This document shows, piece by piece, positions 29,855 through 40,615 of a stretch of 64,000 nt of DNA. Origin of the DNA: Polyangiaceae bacterium (GTDB taxonomy: Bacteria; Myxococcota_A; Polyangia; Polyangiales; Polyangiaceae); assembly GCA_035063585.1 (NCBI GenBank), contig JAPSGB010000013.1:40334-104333 (forward strand), given 5' to 3'. Made by a program: the position numbers and the translations under genes. The notes under the pieces were generated by a model, which searched no databases, was not told where the DNA came from, and saw nothing but the letters and a program-made list of their open reading frames with translations. How positions within the stretch are numbered: the stretch's first letter is position 1; each line of letters opens with the position of its first letter.

Positions 29855-32074
29855 CTACGGAGCGCAGCGCACGCCGACCTGAACGTTGTCGAAGAGCGCG
29901 GTATAATCGCTGCTGCAGAGGCCGGTGCACCCTGACTGGAAGTAGGGGCCGCTGAAGCCGAGCGCTTCGTTCACGTAGGTCGAGTCGGTGGCGGTGCCGG
30001 TGTAGGAGAAGCTGCCGGTCGAGGGCTCGGCGAAGCTCGAGCTGCCGTCGCTGCGCGCCTCGAGCTGCCACCGATGGGTGGGCGCGTCATAGGTCACGCG
30101 AACGCTGAAGTAGTTCGACACCGAGGAGAAGTTGCTCGAGGCGATGAGGTCGGTGAGGGTCCCGTTGCGGAGGCCGCCCGAGAAGCGGACCAGGCGGAGC
30201 TTTCGGCTGCCACCGAGCACGACCGCGTAGCCCTTGCCGGACGCCGAGCTCGAGCAGGTGCCGGCGTTCGCGTTCAGGCCGGCGGCCGAGTCGGTGGCGA
30301 GCACATAGGCGAGCCCGACCGTGATGCCGTTCTGACTGGACGGGCTCGAGCACGCGAAGCCGCCGCTGGTGCTCTCCGGATCGTCGCGACGCATGTTGAA
30401 GCTCCACACCACCGATTTTCCGGAGTTCGCGCCGAGGGTCGCGTCGTAGAGCGCGTTGTCGTAGGCGGAAGTCACGCCGCTGGTCGGGACGTAGGCGTAG
30501 CCCTGGCCGTGCTTGTGAATGCTGCCCGCGTAGTTCGAGATTGCGAGGCGACCACCGGAGATCCTGACCCCGTGACTATTGACGGCGTAAGCGCGCCAGC
30601 GACTCGTCGAGACCTGCACGTCCTCGCCCGTGGTCCAAGAGGACACGTTCGGGGTCGCGAAGTCATCCCGAAAGACGGAGGTCAGCGAGCTCGGGCACGG
30701 CGGCCGACAGGTGCCGGTGGTGGTGTCGCACACGTCGCCGGAGCTGCAGTCGCTGGTCGACAGACAGGCGACGCACAGGCTCGCGGCACCTTGCGCCTTG
30801 CAATGCGGCGTCGCGCCACCGCACGGCGCGCAGGCCGCGCCGCACCGCGAGTCGCTCTCGCACGCGACGCAGCTCGAGCCGTCGCAGCGCGTCCCCGCGC
30901 TGCACGGCGCGCAGCTCGCGCCGCAATGCGCGTCGTCGGTGCAGGCGACGCACACGTTGCTGCTGCAGTACTTGCCGGCGCTGCAGAGCCCGGTGCCCGT
31001 GCACTCGACGCACTGCCCGCCGCTACATACCTTGCTCGAGGCCGCGCAGTCGGCGCAGGTCGCGCCGCAGTGCGAAGAGCTGTCGCACGGCGCACAGGCG
31101 CCCCCCTGGCAGAACTTGCCGGCGCCGCAGTTCGCGTCCGTCTGGCAATCCCGGCACACGCCGTTCACGCAGCCGTACGGGCACGTCGTGAGCGTCTCCG
31201 GATACGAGCAAGTCCCTCCGGTGCAGGTGCCGGTGCTCGGGTAGGTCCGAGCGGTGTTGCCATCCTTGCAGTTTGCCGCGGGCGGAGACGTGCAGGTCTT
31301 ACCGGCGCACGGATCGCCCGTGCACCCGGTCCCGGAGCAGCCGAACGCGCAATACACGTCGTGGGTGCTGGGATAGCTGCACTGTCCGCTCGCGTTGCAG
31401 GTGCCGGGCACGTCATAGACGGTGAGGTAATCGGCGTTCTTGCAGTAGCTCGACGACGGGGTGTTGCAGCTCACCCCAGCGCACGGATCACCCAGGCAGA
31501 CGTCGTTTTGACAACCGAACGGGCAGAAGGCAGGCACCTTGTCGTAGGTGCACTTCCCGGCAGCGTCACATACCCCGGTCGACTGATAGATCGAGAGATG
31601 CGTCGCGTCCGCGCAGGTGTTCTTGGGCGGCGTCACGCAGGTGACCCCGATGCACGGATCGCCCGTGCAAGCCCCATTCGCGCAGCCGTTCGGGCAGGGT
31701 GTGGTGGCGCTCGAGTAGCTACAGGTTCCGGTCGCGCCGCAGGTGCCCACGGCCTCGTAGACCACGAGGTCCCCCCCCGCGCAGGTCGAGGCTGGAGGTG
31801 CGTTGCAGGTCACGCCGGCGCAGGGGTTGCCCGCGCTCCCGGCCGAGCCGGCTGCGCCGCCGGGGCCGGGTGAGCCGGCGATCCCCGCGGCGCCGGCACC
31901 CGGCGAGCCGGCCGCCGCGCCCGCGCCCCCATCGGTGCCGCCGGTCCCGGCAACGCCGCCCGTCGACGGGCCGGGGGAGCCGGTACTCACCTGCGACCCC
32001 TCGGCGCACGCCGCGAGCGTGAAGATCGCGGCCGCAAGCACGCTCCGCTGCCAGCCCGACCATTTTCGGCTCAT
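29855..32074 (-). CDS. Cys-rich repeat lipoprotein with C-terminal beta-sandwich domain
   Basis: Lipobox LAAC, Gly-rich linker, four 'PCxGxxCxxPxxxxC' modules, further Cys modules, ~280-aa beta-rich C-terminal domain; TGCTAACGT 7 nt before ATG 32074. Confidence 0.8.
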   Translation of the reverse strand: MSRKWSGWQRSVLAAAIFTLAACAEGSQVSTGSPGPSTGGVAGTGGTDGGAGAAAGSPGAGAAGIAGSPGPGGAAGSAGSAGNPCAGVTCNAPPASTCAGGDLVVYEAVGTCGATGTCSYSSATTPCPNGCANGACTGDPCIGVTCVTPPKNTCADATHLSIYQSTGVCDAAGKCTYDKVPAFCPFGCQNDVCLGDPCAGVSCNTPSSSYCKNADYLTVYDVPGTCNASGQCSYPSTHDVYCAFGCSGTGCTGDPCAGKTCTSPPAANCKDGNTARTYPSTGTCTGGTCSYPETLTTCPYGCVNGVCRDCQTDANCGAGKFCQGGACAPCDSSSHCGATCADCAASSKVCSGGQCVECTGTGLCSAGKYCSSNVCVACTDDAHCGASCAPCSAGTRCDGSSCVACESDSRCGAACAPCGGATPHCKAQGAASLCVACLSTSDCSSGDVCDTTTGTCRPPCPSSLTSVFRDDFATPNVSSWTTGEDVQVSTSRWRAYAVNSHGVRISGGRLAISNYAGSIHKHGQGYAYVPTSGVTSAYDNALYDATLGANSGKSVVWSFNMRRDDPESTSGGFACSSPSSQNGITVGLAYVLATDSAAGLNANAGTCSSSASGKGYAVVLGGSRKLRLVRFSGGLRNGTLTDLIASSNFSSVSNYFSVRVTYDAPTHRWQLEARSDGSSSFAEPSTGSFSYTGTATDSTYVNEALGFSGPYFQSGCTGLCSSDYTALFDNVQVGVRCAP

Positions 32075-32129
32075 CGGCCGCACGTTAGCAGAGAAGTCGG
32101 CGCCCGGTTACGGGCAACCCGCGTGCGCG

Positions 32130-33911
32130 CTACTCGCCGCCCGGCGACGCGTCCGCGCGCTTCGCGCGGAGCGTCACCAGCCGCTCGTCCTGCAGGGTGC
32201 GAGCTTGGTCGGGATCGACGTAGTCCGAGTGGCAGTCGGCCTTCACGCCGGCGGTCGCGCCGACCAGCGCGCGCGTCTTGGTCGCCAACCGGTGAAGCTC
32301 CTCGGGCGGCAGGTTGCCGCGCTTCTCGAGGAGCTCGCGCTGCTCGGCGGTGAGCGCCGCTGATTGCGCCACTCGCGCGCGCTCGTAGCCTTCCGCCTTC
32401 CCGCTCCCGAACTCGGTGATCTCCTTGCTGATACGCACGCTGCACCAGTCGTGCCCGCACATCGCGCAGAAGTCGGTGTCTACGTCGAGATCTTCGTCGT
32501 GGAACGCGCGCGCGAGCTCCGAGTCGAAGGCGAGCTCGAAGTGCTTCTCCCAGTTCAAGGCGGCGCGCGCCTTGGTGAGTTCGTCGTCCCAGTCGCGCGC
32601 GCCCGGGATGCCGAGCGCCACGTCGGCCGCGTGCGCGGCGATCTTGTAGGCGACCATACCCTGCTTCACATCGTCCTTCTTCGGCAGACCGACGTGCTCC
32701 TTCGGTGTCACGTAGCAGAGCATCGCTGCGCCGTGGTACGCCGCGCTGGTCGCGCCGATCGCGCTCGTGATGTGGTCGTAACCAGGGAAGACGTCGGTCA
32801 CCAGCGGGCCGAGCACGTAGAACGGCGCGCCATGGCAGAGCGCGCGTTCGAGCTTCATGTTGTACTCGATTTGATCGAAGGGGACGTGCCCGGGCCCCTC
32901 CACCATCACCTGGCAGCCCTTCTTCCACGCGCGCTCGGTGAGCTCGGCGAGCACGCTGAGCTCGGCGAGCTGCGCCGCGTCGGTCGCGTCGGCGAGCCCG
33001 CCCGGACGGAGGCCGTCGCCGAGCGAGAAGGAGACGTCATACTCGCGCATGATGTCGCAGATCTCGTCGAAGTGCGCGTACATCGGGTTCTCGGCGCGGT
33101 GCACCAGCATCCATTTCGCGAGCAAGGAGCCGCCACGGCTGACGATGCCGATCAGGCGCTCTTTCACCAGCGGCAGGTGCGCGCGGCGCACTCCCGCGTG
33201 GATGGTGAAGTAGTCGACCCCCTGTCTTGCCTGCGCGAGCAGGGCCTCCATGATGACCTTCTCGGTGAGCTCCTCGATCTTGCGGCCGATGATCATCGAG
33301 TAGATGGGCACCGTGCCGATGGGCACGGTCGAGGCGCGAATGATGGCGTCACGACAGGCGACCAGATCGCCTCCCGTCGAGAGATCCATCACGGTGTCCG
33401 CGCCCCAGCGCACGGCCCAGCGCAGCTTGTCCACCTCCTCATCCATGTTCGAGCTCACAGGCGAGGCGCCGAGGTTCGCGTTCACCTTGGTGAGCCCTGC
33501 GCGGCCAATGCAGGTCGGCGCGAGCGAGTAGCCGAGGTGCACGCGGTTGGCCGGGATGATCATGCGTCCGGCGGCGACTTCATCCCTCACCTGCTCCGCC
33601 GACAGATGACGCTCGCGCTCCGCGACGCGCCGCATCTCCGGAGTGATCGCTCCGAGCCGAGCGTGCTCGAGCTGGGTCGCCGGCGCGAACCCCTCGGGCG
33701 CCAGCCAGCGCGCGCCGTCGTGACGCCAGCCAGGCGGCATGAAGTCCCACGCCGTCTGGTCGCTCGGCGGCGGCATCCCGGGGGCGTCAGGCGACGAGAA
33801 GGCGAGCGGTCCGCCGAGATCTGCTCGATTCGCGAAGGAGCCCGGCGTGGTGCCTTGCGCGCGCGACGACGGGTTGTGAGCGCCGCGGTGCGGCAAGGGA
33901 TATTGGCTCAT
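32130..33911 (-). CDS. thiC: phosphomethylpyrimidine synthase
   Basis: [57 protein letters not shown] riboswitch upstream. Confidence 0.98.
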   Translation of the reverse strand: MSQYPLPHRGAHNPSSRAQGTTPGSFANRADLGGPLAFSSPDAPGMPPPSDQTAWDFMPPGWRHDGARWLAPEGFAPATQLEHARLGAITPEMRRVAERERHLSAEQVRDEVAAGRMIIPANRVHLGYSLAPTCIGRAGLTKVNANLGASPVSSNMDEEVDKLRWAVRWGADTVMDLSTGGDLVACRDAIIRASTVPIGTVPIYSMIIGRKIEELTEKVIMEALLAQARQGVDYFTIHAGVRRAHLPLVKERLIGIVSRGGSLLAKWMLVHRAENPMYAHFDEICDIMREYDVSFSLGDGLRPGGLADATDAAQLAELSVLAELTERAWKKGCQVMVEGPGHVPFDQIEYNMKLERALCHGAPFYVLGPLVTDVFPGYDHITSAIGATSAAYHGAAMLCYVTPKEHVGLPKKDDVKQGMVAYKIAAHAADVALGIPGARDWDDELTKARAALNWEKHFELAFDSELARAFHDEDLDVDTDFCAMCGHDWCSVRISKEITEFGSGKAEGYERARVAQSAALTAEQRELLEKRGNLPPEELHRLATKTRALVGATAGVKADCHSDYVDPDQARTLQDERLVTLRAKRADASPGGE

Positions 33912-33957
33912 GTTCCTCGACTCCTCATCTTGGCGAGGGGAAGGAACGCCGGCCCGG

Positions 33958-34038
33958 CGTCGCTTCCCTACGCCGGTACGAACCGGATCAGGTTCCGCGG
34001 GTGCTTCTCAGCGGCCATGGGCCGCGCCCCGAGCGACG
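33958..34038 (-). ncRNA. TPP riboswitch
   Basis: Minus strand: cgtcgctcGGGG...GCTGAGA...ACCC...AACCTGATCCGGTTCGTACCGGCGTAGGGAagcgacg; P1 cgtcgct/agcgacg; 47 nt upstream of thiC. Confidence 0.95.
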
Positions 34039-34113
34039 GACGGACCCTAGCCGGAAAATGAGCCGCGAGGAAGCCCGCGCGAGGCTCGAACGGCGGGACC
34101 GCGGCGGGCGACT

Positions 34114-34143
34114 CGAGTCAGCCCGAGTCAGCGCGAGTCAGGG
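34114..34143 (+). promoter_or_regulatory. three phased direct repeats (CGAGTCAG, 10-bp period), putative winged-helix regulator operator
   Basis: cgagtcagcc cgagtcagcg cgagtcaggg; about 22 nt upstream of -10-like TAGCAC (34165) before the gene at 34203. Confidence 0.5.
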
Positions 34144-34202
34144 CGCGTTTCCGGCGCCCGCCCGTAGCACTGGTCGATGGGTCGAAGGTCGGCCCGCGGA
34201 GG

Positions 34203-34772
34203 ATGACGATGATGAACTCGCTTTCAAAGAACTTGGTGGCACTGACGGCGGCTCTGGTCATGGCGCTCCCGGCGTGCGGAGGGAGCGACGGCGGAGGGAG
34301 CACCCCGGGGGGTCAGGGCGGCGCGGCCGGCGGCGGGCAAGGCGGCACGTCGGGCGGAAGCTCGAGCCATGGGCCGTCGTGCGAGAGCCTCTGCGCGACG
34401 CTCGCCGCGTGCGGCGTGCCGGACGGCGAGTGCCAGGCGAGCTGCCCATCGATGAGCGGCGCCTGCCGGAGTTGCCTGTCGTCACACGGCTGCGACTCCT
34501 CCGCCTGCGACGCGACCTGCCAGGGCGGCAGCGGTGGAAGCGGCGGCGGAGGGAACACGGGCGGCGAGGGCGGAGGCTCGAGCCAGAGCGATCTCGGCAA
34601 GGACTGTACGGTCGGCGGGTTCAGCTCGGAATGCGCGCAAGGCGAGTCCTGCAAGAGCAACCGGGGGGGACTCACGGGTATTTGCACCATCCAATGCACC
34701 GAGTGGAGCGACTGCCCTTCGTTTTGGGACTGCACCCAGGTCGGGCCCGGGAAATTCTGCTTTCCACAGTGA
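34203..34772 (+). CDS. small Cys-rich lipoprotein
   Basis: GGAGG RBS, lipobox LPAC, two Cys-rich modules separated by Gly linkers. Confidence 0.8.
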   Translation: MTMMNSLSKNLVALTAALVMALPACGGSDGGGSTPGGQGGAAGGGQGGTSGGSSSHGPSCESLCATLAACGVPDGECQASCPSMSGACRSCLSSHGCDSSACDATCQGGSGGSGGGGNTGGEGGGSSQSDLGKDCTVGGFSSECAQGESCKSNRGGLTGICTIQCTEWSDCPSFWDCTQVGPGKFCFPQ

Positions 34773-34831
34773 TTTCATAGACAACCATCAATCACCCGAG
34801 AGCCGCCCGGCGAAATGTTAGGAAGCATCGA

Positions 34832-37540
34832 GTGCCACGGCGCTCGCCGCTTCCGCTCGGACTTCGCGTGCCAAACCCGCCGGCGGTCTTCGTCGGCCGC
34901 GAGCGCGAGCGCGCCGCGCTCTCGAGCGCGCTCGCGCGAGCGCCGCTCACCGTCCTCCACGGACCGAGCGGAGTAGGAAAGACGGCGCTCGCGCTCACGG
35001 TGCTCGCCAGCCGCGAGCCTTCGCTCGATGAGAGCACGCTCGTGTCGCTGCGTGACGCGGATCGACACGAGCTCCTCGCGCTCGCCGTCGCGCGCACGCT
35101 CGCCCGCGCCGCAGAGATCGAGCGCGTCGACTGGGCAGAGCTCGGCGAGGACCGAGACGCGCTCATCGCGCTCGTCATCGACGCGGCCGAGGCGCGCGCG
35201 GGCACCGTGCTCCTCGATGGGCTCGACCACGCCGACGCGAGCGACGCCGACGCGCTCATCGCGCGCGTGGCCCGCTACGCCCGACGGAGCCGCTGGCTGG
35301 TCACCACGACGCGCCGCCCGCCCGTCGACGAGCTCGCCGGTCAGCTCGTCGAGGTCGGCGCCTTGCCGCCGGAAGACGCCAGGCGCCTGGCGTGCGCGCT
35401 GAACCCCTCGTGGGATGACGCGGCGGTCGAGCGCGCGCTCACTCGAGCGCGCGGCTCTCCGCGGGAGCTCCGCCGGCTCGCCTTGGGCGAGCCCGAGGTG
35501 CCGGCCGGAGCGTCGAGCCACCTCACGCCGGAGGCAGCCGCGCTCTCGGCCGCGCTGCTCGAGCAGGAGGAGCCGCTCTCCGGCCGCGCGCTCGCCCTGC
35601 TGCTCGAGGCGCACCCGGAGCCTCGGGTTCGGCTCGGCGCGCTCGGCGCGCTCATCGCCGGTGGCGCGCTCACGCGCGCGGCGGCGCTGCTCGGTGAGAT
35701 CGCGCCGGCGCTCATCGGCGGCGGCCACGCCGCGGCGCTCTTCGGCGCGCTGCCCGAGCACGAGCGAGCGCTCGAGCGATTCCGGCTCGAGGCCGCGCTC
35801 GGCCTGGGCGACTCGCGCTCGCTCTCGACGGTGCGGGAGCCCCTCGACGACGCACCCGAAGGCCGGCTCGCGTGGGCGCGGGTGCTGCTCGCGCGAGGCT
35901 CCAATCACGAGGCCGCCAGGGTCGCACGCTCGCTGAGCGAGCGCCCAGAGGTCCAGGCGTCTCCGACCACGCGCTTCTCGGTGGGCTTCGTCCTCGGAAA
36001 CGCGCACCTCAACGACGGCGATTCGCAGCGCGCCCGCGCCGTCCTCGAGTCGCTCGCGCCGTCGTGCGAGACGGAGGCGGCGCAGCGCGACAGCCTCCTC
36101 GCCGCGGCCTTCGCGCTCGCCGGAGACCGGGCCGAGGCCACCTCGCTGGCGCGAGCCGCCGCGGCGGTGATCCCGCGCTTACCGTGCCCGATGAGTGAGC
36201 GAATCGGCCTGCAGACCGCCCGAACCTTGTACTCGCTCGGCGAGCTCGAGGGCGCAGCTACGGTGTTGGACGGGCTCTTCTCCGACCAGGCCGCGAGCTC
36301 GATCCGGTTCTACGCGGGCCGCTACGCTCGCTTCTTACGCATGTGTATCGCGGTCGACGCCGGAGACTTCGAGCGCGTCGAGGCGAGCCTCACCGACCTC
36401 GAGCCCTACCTCGGACCGAACAACCTCCTCCATCCCTACGTGCTCACCGCGCGCGCGCAGCTCGCCATCGGGCGCGGTGAGCTCGCGCGAGCCGAGGCCC
36501 TCCTCGACGAGCTCACCGCGACCCCGCGGCCGGGTCACGTGGAGCGTGAGGTCCGCGTACAGCGGACTTGGCTCGCGATGCTCCGGCGAGAGCCTCCTTC
36601 GCCTGCGCCTGACGAGCCAGGCTCGTCGTCGCCCCCCAACGTGTTCGAGGAATCCGGTGAGCTGCACCGGCTCGAGCACCGGCTCCGCTACGGCGCGCTC
36701 GCTCCTTCCACGGTCGAGCCCCTGCTCGACGGGCGCTTCGAGCACCCCGAACTCCGCGTCCTCGCGCGCCTCGTCCTCGCCGAGGCACGGCTCCTCGCTC
36801 GAGATGCGGCCGGCGCCTTCACCCACGCCACGACCGCGCTCGCGATGGCGCGCGAGCACGGCTACGGCGTCCGGGCGCTCCAGGCGCTCATCCTGCAGGC
36901 GGACACCGCGATCGTCCTGGGGCGCCGCGAAGCCCTGGAGCGCAGCGCCGCGAGCCTCGACGAGCGCGCGCGGGCGATGCGTTCGACGCACGCCGCGGCC
37001 CGCGCGCAGCTCTACGCCGCGCTGCTCACGCTCGGCGTGGCCCGCTACGCGCGCCTCGAGGCGCTCGCCGCAGCGGTCGACGCCGCGCCGGACGTCACGC
37101 TCCTGGCTCGCGGACTCCTCGGCGACCGCGTCGCCGGCGATCGCGTCGACGACCTCGTGCGCGAGGGCGCCGCGCGGCACTTCGGCTGGCACGCTCCGCG
37201 ACTCGCGGTCGACGGCGCGGGCGAGGCCTGGGGGCTCGCGCTCGAGGCGCGCGCCGTGTGGCTCGCGAGCGGCGAGCTGATCGACCTCTCACGCCACCCG
37301 GTGCAGTGGTCGCTGCTCGACGCGCTCGTCCGCCACGGCGGCGCCGCGGACAAGGAGCGGCTCGTCCTCGAGGTCTGGCGGGCGCGCGACTACCACCCGC
37401 TCCGCGACGACAACCGCCTGCACGCCGCGATCCGCAAGCTCCGGCGACAGCTCGAGACCGAGCCGTCGAACCCGCGCCGAGTCGTCACCGCCGAGTCGGG
37501 CTACGCGCTCGGCGGCCGCGTGCGCGTAGCCGAGGGGTGA
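34832..37540 (+). CDS. P-loop ATPase - helical/TPR - C-terminal winged-helix transcriptional regulator
   Basis: FVGRERE, Walker A GPSGVGKT, Walker B LLDGLD; C-terminal OmpR-like wHTH (KERLVLEVW...NRLHAAIRKLRRQLE...VVTAESGYAL). Confidence 0.82.
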   Translation: MPRRSPLPLGLRVPNPPAVFVGRERERAALSSALARAPLTVLHGPSGVGKTALALTVLASREPSLDESTLVSLRDADRHELLALAVARTLARAAEIERVDWAELGEDRDALIALVIDAAEARAGTVLLDGLDHADASDADALIARVARYARRSRWLVTTTRRPPVDELAGQLVEVGALPPEDARRLACALNPSWDDAAVERALTRARGSPRELRRLALGEPEVPAGASSHLTPEAAALSAALLEQEEPLSGRALALLLEAHPEPRVRLGALGALIAGGALTRAAALLGEIAPALIGGGHAAALFGALPEHERALERFRLEAALGLGDSRSLSTVREPLDDAPEGRLAWARVLLARGSNHEAARVARSLSERPEVQASPTTRFSVGFVLGNAHLNDGDSQRARAVLESLAPSCETEAAQRDSLLAAAFALAGDRAEATSLARAAAAVIPRLPCPMSERIGLQTARTLYSLGELEGAATVLDGLFSDQAASSIRFYAGRYARFLRMCIAVDAGDFERVEASLTDLEPYLGPNNLLHPYVLTARAQLAIGRGELARAEALLDELTATPRPGHVEREVRVQRTWLAMLRREPPSPAPDEPGSSSPPNVFEESGELHRLEHRLRYGALAPSTVEPLLDGRFEHPELRVLARLVLAEARLLARDAAGAFTHATTALAMAREHGYGVRALQALILQADTAIVLGRREALERSAASLDERARAMRSTHAAARAQLYAALLTLGVARYARLEALAAAVDAAPDVTLLARGLLGDRVAGDRVDDLVREGAARHFGWHAPRLAVDGAGEAWGLALEARAVWLASGELIDLSRHPVQWSLLDALVRHGGAADKERLVLEVWRARDYHPLRDDNRLHAAIRKLRRQLETEPSNPRRVVTAESGYALGGRVRVAEG

Positions 37541-37552
37541 CGCCGAGCAGCC

Positions 37553-37641
37553 CCGCGGGGTTCCGCGCCGCCCCGACAATACCCCGATATCGCCCCCGCG
37601 CTGCTGCCGGGAGGAGGTCGGTCCGGCGCGGAACCCCGCGG
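37553..37641. repeat. MITE/REP-like element with perfect 18-bp inverted repeats
   Basis: ccgcggggttccgcgccg (37553-37570) / cggcgcggaaccccgcgg (37624-37641); arms contain the CCGCGCCGGACCGAC family core. Confidence 0.75.
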
Positions 37642-37694
37642 CGCGGGCGGACGATGATGCGCGCCGGCGCGCTTCTGGTAGACCGCCCCGAGCG

Positions 37695-38414
37695 ATGGAT
37701 CTCGTCAAGATTGGCCGCGCGCTCGCGCGACGCATCGACAAGCTCGAGTTCGGGCCGCCCGTCTCGCACGTCTATAACCCCCTCGACTACGCGCGGGAGC
37801 CTTACGAGAAGTACCTCGCGCGCTTCGGCGCGGGGCCGAAGGAGATCGTGCTCCTCGGCATGAACCCCGGACCCTTCGGGATGGCGCAGACGGGCGTGCC
37901 CTTCGGCGAGGTGTCCATGGTTCGCGACTGGATGGGCATCGAGGGCAAGGTGAGGAGACCCGCGCGCGAGCACTCGAAGCGGCCGGTGCTCGGCTTCGAT
38001 TGCGAGCGGAGCGAGGTGAGCGGCGCGCGGCTCTGGGGCTGGGCGCGCGCGCGGTGTGGCACCGCCGAGCGGTTCTTCTCGCGGGTCTTCGTGGTGAACT
38101 ATTGCCCGCTCGTCTTCATGGAAGCGAGCGGGCGAAACGTCACGCCCGACAAACTCCGGAGCGGCGCGCGCGACGAGCTCTACGCCGCATGCGACGAGGC
38201 GCTCTCACGCACCATCCGCCTCCTCGAGCCGCGCTTCGTCATCGGCGTCGGGCTCTTCGCGGAGAAGCGCGCGCGCGAGGTGCTGACGGATTATGGTGGG
38301 GAGATTGGGTCGATTTTGCACCCGAGCCCCGCCAACCCGAAGGCGAACCGCGACTGGGCAGGCGTGGTCGACGCGCAGCTCGCCGAGCTCGGGCTCCGGC
38401 TCGGCCGTCGCTGA
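37695..38414 (+). CDS. SMUG1-like (family 3) uracil-DNA glycosylase
   Basis: VYNPLDYA, GMNPGPFGMAQTGVPFG, RSEVSGARLW, NYCPL, HPSP. Confidence 0.93.
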   Translation: MDLVKIGRALARRIDKLEFGPPVSHVYNPLDYAREPYEKYLARFGAGPKEIVLLGMNPGPFGMAQTGVPFGEVSMVRDWMGIEGKVRRPAREHSKRPVLGFDCERSEVSGARLWGWARARCGTAERFFSRVFVVNYCPLVFMEASGRNVTPDKLRSGARDELYAACDEALSRTIRLLEPRFVIGVGLFAEKRAREVLTDYGGEIGSILHPSPANPKANRDWAGVVDAQLAELGLRLGRR

Positions 38415-38504
38415 GCGGCTGGGCGCAGGGTGCCTCGCGAGAGCAGGCGAGCCCGCGCAAAATTCCGATTGGTATTGCGTCAGGCGGTCGGGTAAACCGT
38501 CCCT

Positions 38505-39566
<1,062 letters not shown>

Positions 39567-39610
39567 CGCCGCCGGGGAGGAGCGGGATGCTCGCGGCTCC
39601 GAGGTTCGCG

Positions 39611-40615
39611 ATGACGAGTAGCGAAGCCCCGCCGTCGTCAGCCACCGCCGCGCTCGCGCCGGGCGCGCAGCTCGGGCCGTATCGCCTGCTCGCGGCGGTC
39701 GCACAGGGCGGCATGGCGCGGGTGTGGGCGGCGCAGGATCGGGCGGGAACCGTGGTCGCCATCAAGACCATCCGCCCAGAGCTCGCCGAGGACGCGACCT
39801 ACCGCGCGCTCTTCGCCGACGAGGCTCGGTTCGCCTCGAGCGTGGCGCACCCGAACGTGTGCCGAGTATACGGGCTCGGGGAGGACCGCGGCGTGCTCTA
39901 CATCGCCATGGAGTGGGTGCGCGGCGAGAGCTTCGCGCGCATCCTGAAGCCGCTCAAGGGTGAGCCGGTGCGTCCGGTCGCGGCGCGCCACGCCGCCAAG
40001 CTCATCGCGGACGGTTGCGCGGCGCTCCACGCGACCCACGAGCTCCGCGATCGCGACGGCCGCACGGTGCGGCTCGTGCATTGCGACGTCTCCCCGCAGA
40101 ACCTGCTCCTCACCGTCACGGGGCAAGTGAAGCTGGTCGACTTCGGCGTCGCGCGCGCGACGGCGGGCACGAGCAGCCCGCCACCCAGCCTCCGCGCGGG
40201 CAAGGCGGCGTACATGGCGCCCGAGCAGGCGGTCGGCAGGCGCGTCAGCCGGCTCTCGGACGTGTTCGTGCTCGGCGCGTGCCTCTACGAGCTCACCACG
40301 GGGCGGCGGCCCTTCGCGACCGGCTCCTGGGAGGGGACCATCGAGCGGCTGACCCACGGAGATTTCGCCACGCCGCGTGAGCTCGACCCCGACTACCCCG
40401 AGCTCCTCGAGCGCGTCGTGCTCCGCGCGATGGCGAGCAGCGACGCGCTCCGCTATCCGTCCGCCGAGCGCATGCGCGTCGCGCTCGAAGACTACCTCCG
40501 GCGCTCGGGTCCGCCGCTCGACGCGAGCGATCTCGCCACCTTCCTCGACGAGCGCGCGGGCGCGCTGGTGCGCGAGCGCGACGACGCCATTCAGCGCGCC
40601 CTCGGCTACGGCTGA
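39611..40615 (+). CDS. stand-alone Ser/Thr protein kinase (non-RD)
   Basis: GGMARV, VAIK, HCDVSPQN, DFG, YMAPE; start could be 39587. Confidence 0.88.
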   Translation: MTSSEAPPSSATAALAPGAQLGPYRLLAAVAQGGMARVWAAQDRAGTVVAIKTIRPELAEDATYRALFADEARFASSVAHPNVCRVYGLGEDRGVLYIAMEWVRGESFARILKPLKGEPVRPVAARHAAKLIADGCAALHATHELRDRDGRTVRLVHCDVSPQNLLLTVTGQVKLVDFGVARATAGTSSPPPSLRAGKAAYMAPEQAVGRRVSRLSDVFVLGACLYELTTGRRPFATGSWEGTIERLTHGDFATPRELDPDYPELLERVVLRAMASSDALRYPSAERMRVALEDYLRRSGPPLDASDLATFLDERAGALVRERDDAIQRALGYG

